A stretch of 48,810 nucleotides of DNA, from contig JAQVYV010000001.1 in the NCBI GenBank assembly GCA_028708525.1, positions 1 through 48,810 on the forward strand, written 5' to 3'. This document shows, in pieces, positions 9,016 through 15,572 of the stretch. The notes under the pieces were generated by a model, which did not search any database, was not told the origin of the DNA, and saw nothing but the letters and a program-made list of their open reading frames with translations. The number at the start of each line of letters is the position of its first letter. Position 1 is the stretch's first letter. This stretch comes from Eubacteriales bacterium. Lineage in GTDB: Bacteria > Bacillota > Clostridia > Saccharofermentanales > UBA5734. The translations under genes were made by a program, and so were the position numbers.

Positions 9016-10053
9016 ATGAAATGGGTCAAAGTGACATTACGAATAGGAGTTGTTTCTCTGGTCATTGCAAGTTTTTTCTTTCTTCAGAGACTTGTGATGC
9101 CAAAATATGTGAACGGGATAGTCGAAGGGTCTCTGATAGAAACATACTACGAAGAAGAGGGGAATCACGATGTTATCTTTGTGGGAGACTGCGAGGTTTA
9201 TGAGTGCTTTTCACCGGTTGCTCTCTGGGAAGAGTACGGGATCCCCAGCTTTATCCGGGGAAGTGCTCAACAACTTATTTGGCAGTCATATTATCTGATG
9301 GAAGAAACGCTCAGGTATGAGAAACCGGAGGTTTTTATTTTCAATGTATTGGCAATGAAATACAATGAGCCTCAGAAAGAGGCATATAATCGTCTTACTT
9401 TGGACGGAATGCGTTTGTCTTCAGCCAAAATCAAGTCGATAAAGGCTTCGATGATGGAAGATGAGAACATGATTGACTATATCATCCCGTTGTTCAGGTA
9501 CCACTCAAGATGGAGTGAACTCTCCTTTGATGATTTTAGGTATTTTTTCAATAAAAAGAAACTTTTCCACAACGGTTATTATATGAGGGTAGATGTCAGA
9601 CCGGTAACGACATTTCCACAGGGGAAGAAACTGCCTGATTATAGTTTTGGGGATAACGCGTGGGGTTATCTTGAGAAAATGAAAAAGTTGTGTGATAATA
9701 ACGACATCGATCTGATGCTTATAAAGGCTCCGGCGATATACCCTTACTGGTATGATGAATGGGATGAGCAGATAAGGGAATATGCTGATTCGAATGATCT
9801 TATATATTTGAATTTTCTTGATCTGATCGAGGAGACCGGAATCGATTATAATACAGATACCTATGACACAGGACTGCATATGAATCTGTCCGGAGCTGAG
9901 AAATTGTCTCGCTACCTTGGTCCTATATTGCGGGAGAAATATGGTGTCCCGGATAGAAGAAATGATGCAGAACTCAGTCGTATATGGGAAGATAAAACAA
10001 CATTTTATTATGAGATGAAAGCCGCGCAGGAAACTGAGCTGGCGGGAAAATGA
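9016..10053 (+). CDS. membrane-anchored SGNH-hydrolase-like protein (DltD/AlgX-like partner of the MBOAT)
   Basis: N-terminal TM anchor. Block-I-like VIFVGDCEV, with Cys where SGNH enzymes have Ser. Block-V-like DTGLHMN (DxxH). Its position directly after an MBOAT mirrors dltB-dltD and algI-algJ/X. The family call is by motif and context only. Confidence 0.55.
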   Translation: MKWVKVTLRIGVVSLVIASFFFLQRLVMPKYVNGIVEGSLIETYYEEEGNHDVIFVGDCEVYECFSPVALWEEYGIPSFIRGSAQQLIWQSYYLMEETLRYEKPEVFIFNVLAMKYNEPQKEAYNRLTLDGMRLSSAKIKSIKASMMEDENMIDYIIPLFRYHSRWSELSFDDFRYFFNKKKLFHNGYYMRVDVRPVTTFPQGKKLPDYSFGDNAWGYLEKMKKLCDNNDIDLMLIKAPAIYPYWYDEWDEQIREYADSNDLIYLNFLDLIEETGIDYNTDTYDTGLHMNLSGAEKLSRYLGPILREKYGVPDRRNDAELSRIWEDKTTFYYEMKAAQETELAGK

Positions 10054-10604
10054 TTTTATTGGGGGATTTGATGTTGAGAATGAAAAAAACATGTGTTTTA
10101 TCGGTGGCTTTTATCATGGTTCTGACTTTATTCAGCGGTTGCGCTGATCCGACAGGTTCGTTAAGCAACAGCGATTCGGAAACTTCAGGTGCACAAGATA
10201 ATGAAGGGTATTCATTTAAAACTTCCGGGATTGCGATCAGCATGCATGATGATATGGCACCGATCCTCGATAAACTCGGTGAAGCTAAGAGTTATTTTGA
10301 AGCTGAAAGCTGTGCGTTTCCGGGTCTTGAGAAAACTTATACATACTCAAGTTTTAGCCTGTATACGTATGAAGATGGAGATATTGACCGTCTGGCAGCT
10401 CTGGTCATACTTGATGACAGCGTGGGGACTGCTGAAGGAATCTATCTGAATGACAGCCTCGATAAAATCATTGCAGCGTACGGAAGTGACTACACACATT
10501 CACTGAATCTCTATTCGTTTGAGAAGGACAGGATGAAGCTTTCTTTTATTGTTGAGGATGATATCGTGACTTCAATAGAATATGTTGCTTTGGCAGGGGA
10601 GTAA
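10050..10604 (+). CDS. small secreted lipoprotein, unknown function
   Basis: Signal peptide with lipobox MKKTCVLSVAFIMVLTLFSG|C. ATG 10050 overlaps the previous stop (ATGA). Alternative starts are at 10071 and 10080. Confidence 0.7.
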   Translation: MILLGDLMLRMKKTCVLSVAFIMVLTLFSGCADPTGSLSNSDSETSGAQDNEGYSFKTSGIAISMHDDMAPILDKLGEAKSYFEAESCAFPGLEKTYTYSSFSLYTYEDGDIDRLAALVILDDSVGTAEGIYLNDSLDKIIAAYGSDYTHSLNLYSFEKDRMKLSFIVEDDIVTSIEYVALAGE

Positions 10605-10708
10605 TGGAAGCGATGGAAGCGATCCCTTCGTCGATTTGACCCATACACCTTTCCGGTGTTACAATAAATTCAAATTTCATATGTACTGATGCTGAATTTC
10701 CTGCGACA

Positions 10709-10850
10709 CTCTTATCGCGGGAATACGGGGGAACCAATTTGTGGGGTGAATCGAAGGCTGCGACGATCAAGTCGTTTGTGCTGACGTAGGGCTTATCCTT
10801 AGTCCGAATCCGGCAGCTAACCTCGGAAGCTTATAAGGATCTGATCAAAG
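10709..10850 (+). promoter_or_regulatory. c-di-AMP riboswitch (ydaO-yuaA/kimA motif) in the leader of the aminomutase gene
   Basis: The conserved ydaO blocks are present in order: ACGGGGGAACCAAU (10725-), GGGGUGAAUC (10742-10752), GUAGGGC (10786-), GUCCGAAUCCGGCAGCUAACCUCGGAAGC (10802-10830). Compare the B. subtilis ydaO leader as I recall it: GGGGGACCCAAU, GGGGUGAAUC, GUAGGGC, CCCGAAUCCGUCAGCUAACCUCGUAAGC. It is followed by an intrinsic terminator and then the RBS. Confidence 0.75.
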
Positions 10851-10860
10851 TTTCTTTTAA

Positions 10861-10897
10861 GCGGTTACTGACCTTTGGCATCAGTGTCCGCTTTTTT
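10861..10897 (+). terminator. intrinsic terminator, riboswitch expression platform
   Basis: GCGGTTACTGA (10861-) pairs with TCAGTGTCCGC (-10891), with one wobble and one mismatch, followed by TTTTTT (10892-10897). It lies 25 nt before the ATG at 10923 and 257 nt after the previous stop, so it is leader-internal rather than an operon-end terminator. Confidence 0.75.
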
Positions 10898-10922
10898 AAT
10901 GTTTTGAATCGGAGGTAAGTAA

Positions 10923-12161
10923 ATGCAGGAGAAGAAAAGAGAAGCAAAACAGATCAGGGTAAGTAGATTTGAAGGTTTGAAATCAGAGATATCCGATTAT
11001 GAGAAGGTCAGAAAATCAATAAAAACGGGTATCGATGAAGCCGAAAGGATAGCTGCTCAGAAGAAAAAGATAATGAAAATTCTGCGTGCAAATGAAGAAA
11101 TGTGGGAAGATTATAAATGGCAGCTGAAAAATCGTTTTACTGATGCTGAAAAAATAGCAAAGATCATCGGGTTAAGCAAGGAAGAGGCGCAAGCCGTCCT
11201 TGAAGTAGGCAAAATTTATAGATATGCAATATCACCTTACTACCTTTCGCTCATCGATCCGAAAGACCCAATGTGTCCCATCAGGATCCAGTCACTCCCG
11301 GACTCCAAAGAGCTCGATAACTACGGCACTTTGGATCCTATGGATGAAAAGGGCTGGACACCTGAAGAACTGATAACGCGCAGATATCCTGACAGACTCA
11401 TCATAAAGGTCACTAACCAGTGCGGTATGTACTGTCGATTTTGCCAGAGAAGAAGAATGATAGGTGAACGTGATACTCATTCCGGAGAGAAAAGACTTCA
11501 GAAGGCGGTCGATTATGTGAAGAACAATCCCGAGATCAGAGACGTGCTAATAACAGGCGGAGATGCGTTCATGCTTTCCGACGGTATGATCGACTGGTTA
11601 TTGAGCGAACTAAGGAAAATAGATCATGTTGAGATCATAAGGCTTGGAAGCCGCACGCCTGTAACGCTGCCGCAGAGGATAACGCCCGAACTGGTTTCCA
11701 TACTCAGGAAGTATCACCCGATCTATGTCAATACTCACTTCAACAGTCCGGCTGAGATCACAGAAGACTCCGCCAAGGCTTGTGCTATGCTGGCAGATGC
11801 AGGAATACCGCTCGGAAACCAGATGGTCCTGCTCAATAATGTGAATAACGATCCGTTTATAGTAAGAAGACTCAACCAGGAGCTTCTGAAAATAAGAGTG
11901 AAGCCATATTATATATTCCATCCCAAAACAGTAAAAGGAACCCGACATTTCTGGGTCAGGATCGAAGAAGGGCTGGAGATAGTAGAATCACTACGAGGCA
12001 GGACATCAGGAATGGCCATTCCCACCTACATAGTTAACGGCAGCGGAGGATTAGGAAAGACACCGATACTTCCGAATTATCTGCTTTACATTGGAAAGAA
12101 TAAAGCAAAATTCAGAAATTGGAGAGGTGAAATATTCGAGGTGAAAAACTCTGCGGAGTGA
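10923..12161 (+). CDS. eam: KamA-family radical SAM/PLP aminomutase; residue signature of glutamate 2,3-aminomutase
   Basis: CGMYCRFCQRR (CxxxCxxC) cluster motif, with strong colinearity to Clostridium subterminale lysine 2,3-aminomutase (ISPYYLSLIDP, HRYPDR-like RRYPDRL, RDVLITGGDA, GSRTPVTLPQRITPEL, NTHFN, GNQMVLL, KTP). At the lysine epsilon-amine binding positions, Asp293 is Lys (YYIFHPK) and Asp330 is Asn (PTYIVNGSGGLGK). That is the substitution pair reported for glutamate 2,3-aminomutase. Confidence 0.8.
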   Translation: MQEKKREAKQIRVSRFEGLKSEISDYEKVRKSIKTGIDEAERIAAQKKKIMKILRANEEMWEDYKWQLKNRFTDAEKIAKIIGLSKEEAQAVLEVGKIYRYAISPYYLSLIDPKDPMCPIRIQSLPDSKELDNYGTLDPMDEKGWTPEELITRRYPDRLIIKVTNQCGMYCRFCQRRRMIGERDTHSGEKRLQKAVDYVKNNPEIRDVLITGGDAFMLSDGMIDWLLSELRKIDHVEIIRLGSRTPVTLPQRITPELVSILRKYHPIYVNTHFNSPAEITEDSAKACAMLADAGIPLGNQMVLLNNVNNDPFIVRRLNQELLKIRVKPYYIFHPKTVKGTRHFWVRIEEGLEIVESLRGRTSGMAIPTYIVNGSGGLGKTPILPNYLLYIGKNKAKFRNWRGEIFEVKNSAE

Positions 12162-12235
12162 ACTTAGGAACATGCGGGAAAATCATCATATTTCTTAATA
12201 TAGTGGAGTATTAAGAAATAAAAATATATAATTAT

Positions 12236-12274
12236 ATCGGAGAGAACTTTAAGTTAGTTTTCTCCGATATTTTT
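12236..12274 (+). terminator. intrinsic terminator after the aminomutase gene
   Basis: TCGGAGAGAA (12237-12246) pairs with TTTCTCCGA (12259-12267), followed by TATTTTT. Confidence 0.7.
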
Positions 12275-12295
12275 ACATCGAACGGAGAAAATATA

Positions 12296-13327
12296 ATGAT
12301 CAGATTTGATTCGGATTATCTTGAAGGAGCACACCCCGATCTTTTGAAGAAAATTTTGGAGACCAATTATGAACAGACACCCGGATATGGTGAAGATATA
12401 TACTGTGATAATGCCAGAGCGCTTATCAGAGAGAAATGCGGACGGGAAGATATCGATGTCCATTTTCTGGTAGGCGGCACCCAAGCCAATCTTACGCTTA
12501 TAGGCGCGGCCCTTCGTCCCCATCAGGGAGTGATCTCCGCTGACACCGGACATATAAATGTCCATGAAACAGGTGCTATCGAAGCAGGTGGACACAAGAT
12601 ACTCTCGGTCCATTCGGAGGACGGTAAGATCCGTGTGAGAAGTATCAAGGAATTATATGATGAACATTATAACGATCCATCACGGGAGCACAGTGTTCAG
12701 CCAGGTATGGTATATATATCAGATACGACAGAGCTCGGAACGATCTATACAAGAAATGAACTTCGAGAAATCAGCGATTATTGTAAAGAGAAGGGGATGT
12801 ATCTTTTCCTCGATGGTGCAAGACTCGGGTATGCACTTAAAGCAGAAGATAACGATGTTTCGTTAAATGATCTGACAAATTTCTGTGACGCATTTTATAT
12901 TGGAGGAACTAAGGTAGGAGCCCTTTTCGGAGAAGCAATGGTCATATCACACCCGCAGCTGAAGAAAGATTTCAGATATATAATGAAACAGAAAGGCGGA
13001 CTGTTGGCTAAGGGGAGGCTTATTGGTCTTCAGTTCACTGCTCTGTTCGAAGACGATCTCTATTTTAAAATAGCCGGGCGTGCCAATTCCATAGCGCTGG
13101 AGATAAGGAAGGCTTGTGAGGAGAAGGGCTTGAATATGCTTTCTGACAGTAAAACAAATCAGCAGTTCCCCATAATACCGGATGAACTGCTGAAATCGCT
13201 CAGTAAACATTATTCTTTCTCTGTGTGGCGTAAACTCCCCGGAGGGAAGACCGCTGTAAGATTCTGCATCAGCTGGGCTACGTCAGGAGAATCAGTAAGA
13301 GAGCTGATAAGGGATATCAAGTCCTGA
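12296..13327 (+). CDS. ltaE: low-specificity L-threonine aldolase / beta-eliminating lyase family PLP enzyme
   Basis: MIRFDSDYLEGAHPDLL..., YGEDIYCDNARALI, FLVGGTQANL, SDTTELGT.Y, LFLDGARL, and the PLP Lys in FYIGGTKVGA are typical of the LtaE family. GGAGAA RBS. Confidence 0.8.
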   Translation: MIRFDSDYLEGAHPDLLKKILETNYEQTPGYGEDIYCDNARALIREKCGREDIDVHFLVGGTQANLTLIGAALRPHQGVISADTGHINVHETGAIEAGGHKILSVHSEDGKIRVRSIKELYDEHYNDPSREHSVQPGMVYISDTTELGTIYTRNELREISDYCKEKGMYLFLDGARLGYALKAEDNDVSLNDLTNFCDAFYIGGTKVGALFGEAMVISHPQLKKDFRYIMKQKGGLLAKGRLIGLQFTALFEDDLYFKIAGRANSIALEIRKACEEKGLNMLSDSKTNQQFPIIPDELLKSLSKHYSFSVWRKLPGGKTAVRFCISWATSGESVRELIRDIKS

Positions 13328-13329
13328 TA

Positions 13330-14547
13330 TCACAATAACCCGTTTTTCTTCTTCATCTGTGCGACGACTTTCATCGGAAGGCCGAAGCAGTTGATGAATC
13401 CGCCCGCATCTTTCTGGTCATAGACCTCGTCTTCGCCAAAAGTCGACAATTCTTCCTGGTACAGAGAAAAGGGAGATGTTGCGCCTGCGGACATACAGTT
13501 GCCCTTGTATAGTTTCAGTCTGACTTTTCCCGTAACAGTTTTCTGTGTCTCATCTACAAAAGCACTCAGGGCTTCTCTCAAAGGATGGAACCACTGACCA
13601 TTATAAACAAGCTCGGCGAATTTGTGTGCGACTGTATCCTTATAATGCAGAGTATCTCTGTCCAGACAAAGGAGTTCTAGTTCTCTGTGTGCATAGTAAA
13701 GAACAGTGCCTCCGGGAGTCTCATAAACACCACGGGATTTCATACCGACCAGTCTGTTTTCTACCATGTCTGCGATCCCGACTCCGTTTTCACCTGCGAC
13801 TTTGTTAAGGTATTCAAGTATCTCGGTGTTTCCGATTACTTTGCCGTCTACACGAACGGGGATACCCTGCTCGAACTCGATCTCGACATATGAGGGAACA
13901 TCAGGTGCTTTCTCAGGTGATACCATCAGTTTCAGGATCGAATCATACATTGGTTCGTTAGCCGGGTCCTCAAGGTCCATGCCTTCGTGACTTAAGTGCC
14001 ACAGATTCTGGTCCATTGAATAATTGTCCTTCTTCGTTACAGGAACAGGAATACCTCGGGCGTTGGCATAATCGATTTCTTCATCCCTTGAACGGATATC
14101 CCAGATGCGCCATGGTGCGATGATCTTAAGCTCAGGAGCAAGAGCTTTAATAGTCAGTTCAAAACGGACCTGATCGTTTCCTTTACCCGTACAGCCGTGC
14201 GCGATAGCTGTGCAGCCTTCACGCTTAGCTATTTCGACCATTCTCTTAGCTATGACTGGCCGTGCAAATGATGTCCCGAGTAAATACTTATTCTCGTATA
14301 CGGCATTAGCCTTGAGCGTGGGATATATGAAATCCGTTATGAACTCTTCGGTTATATCTTCGACAAAAACCTTGCTTGCCCCGCACTTCATCGCTTTGGA
14401 AACAAGCAGCTCGCGATCGACTCCGATACCGACCTCACCTGCCATAGCTATAACTTCGCAGTCATAATGCTCTAACAGCCAGGGTATGATTATCGATGTA
14501 TCGAGCCCGCCTGAATAAGCCAGTAATATTTTCTCTTTTTTACTCAT
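13330..14547 (-). CDS. argG: argininosuccinate synthase
   Basis: [18 protein letters not shown] (PP-loop), [54 protein letters not shown]. Its stop is 2 nt from the ltaE stop (convergent genes). Confidence 0.95.
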   Translation of the reverse strand: MSKKEKILLAYSGGLDTSIIIPWLLEHYDCEVIAMAGEVGIGVDRELLVSKAMKCGASKVFVEDITEEFITDFIYPTLKANAVYENKYLLGTSFARPVIAKRMVEIAKREGCTAIAHGCTGKGNDQVRFELTIKALAPELKIIAPWRIWDIRSRDEEIDYANARGIPVPVTKKDNYSMDQNLWHLSHEGMDLEDPANEPMYDSILKLMVSPEKAPDVPSYVEIEFEQGIPVRVDGKVIGNTEILEYLNKVAGENGVGIADMVENRLVGMKSRGVYETPGGTVLYYAHRELELLCLDRDTLHYKDTVAHKFAELVYNGQWFHPLREALSAFVDETQKTVTGKVRLKLYKGNCMSAGATSPFSLYQEELSTFGEDEVYDQKDAGGFINCFGLPMKVVAQMKKKNGLL

Positions 14548-14562
14548 CTCTTACCTCCTCGA

Positions 14563-14600
14563 TTATGCAAAAAAATGTATATTTAGAATATTTATGCAAA
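14563..14600 (-). promoter_or_regulatory. candidate ArgR/AhrC operator (ARG boxes) upstream of argG
   Basis: On the argG strand, TTTGCATAAATATTCTAA (complement of 14583-14600) matches TNTGAATWWWWATTCANW at 14 of 16 defined positions. A weaker second box (complement of 14563-14580) follows 2 nt later. TTATGCAAA occurs twice, at 14563 and 14592. Confidence 0.45.
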
Positions 14601-14687
14601 GAAGTATAGCATCACCTCATAATGATGTCAAAGAAATACTCTTATGCTATAATAACAAATTGATCATTAAAAAAGGAGCTGGAACTG

Positions 14688-15542
14688 ATGGCACATTCGG
14701 TTTTTGAAGGAAATATCGGAAGAAACGCGGTAAGTGATCATATCGTTACTGAACTTACTGAAGCCTTTCTACTTGAAACTGACAGATACGCATCTATGCC
14801 CAGAATATATGAAGTCATCAGATGCATAGGGGGCGTCCCGCTTTTTGCCGAAGACCACATTGAAAGATTAAGTGAAAGCTTTCGAGCTAAATTTGGCAGT
14901 GATGATCTTGAACAGAACCGGATCATGTCAGACATAAGGGCACTTATACTATCTGAAGGGATAATTGACGGCAATGTGAAAGTTGTTGTTACAGAAGAAG
15001 CGTCATTTGTTTTTCCTTCCGCATTCTACTATCCCCCTGAAACAACATACGCCCGCGGTGTATTTGTCGGCATAACTGAGTGGGAAAGGTCACGCCCGAA
15101 TGTTAAGATGATAGTGGATCAGTATAAGAAGACCATTGCGGATAAACTTTCTTCGGTAGGTCCGATGGGAAGCTATTTTGAGACTTTACTCAAGACGGAA
15201 GACGGAAGGATCACGGAAGGAAGCAGGTCGAATGTGTTTTTTGTAATGGATGGTGAGCTTTATACCTCGCCTGATGACATGATCCTGAAAGGAATAACCA
15301 GAAGGTATGTTCTTGAAGCTTTAGAAACAGCGGGATACAAGGTGAGATTTGAATGTGTCAGAAATACTGATATCGGAAGGTCTGTGTTTGCCGGTTTTCT
15401 TTCGGGTACATCTATAGGAGTTTTGCCTGTTGCAGCAGTTGAAGATGTGGAAATGGATTCTGCAAGTAATGAAATGATTTTAGCGATCCGTAATGAATAC
15501 AATAAATTGGTCAGTAAATATCTGGATCAACATAATATATAA
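14688..15542 (+). CDS. class IV (fold type IV) aminotransferase, D-amino-acid/branched-chain/ADC-lyase family
   Basis: [22 protein letters not shown] and [34 protein letters not shown] closely parallel Bacillus D-amino-acid aminotransferase segments ([45 protein letters not shown]). Substrate class was not resolved. Confidence 0.8.
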   Translation: [284 protein letters not shown]

Positions 15543-15572
15543 TAACATAAATATACGAGGAGGTTTGACACT

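Noticed and set aside
10604-10621. Tandem 9-nt duplication ATGGAAGCG-ATGGAAGCG immediately after the lipoprotein stop codon.
   Set aside because: Only two copies, non-coding, with no associated structure. It is most simply a small replication-slippage duplication.
10700-10850. Cobalamin (B12) riboswitch interpretation of the aminomutase leader, prompted by GGGAA…GGTGAATC and a B12-box-like AGTCCGAATCCGGCAGC.
   Set aside because: The full set of blocks (GGGGGA-CC-AAU, GGGGUGAAUC, GUAGGGC, CCGAAUCCG-CAGCUAACCUCG-AAGC) fits the ydaO c-di-AMP motif much better. The CCCGC-ACUGU core of cobalamin riboswitches is absent. L-box, T-box, TPP and SAM consensus elements are also absent.
14688-15542. Idea that the class IV aminotransferase (Dat-like segments) supplies D-amino acids to the Dlt-like module.
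   Set aside because: It lies 4 kb away in a different transcription unit (divergent from argG, followed by htpG). Its substrate class cannot be read from the sequence by eye, so the link is pure speculation.
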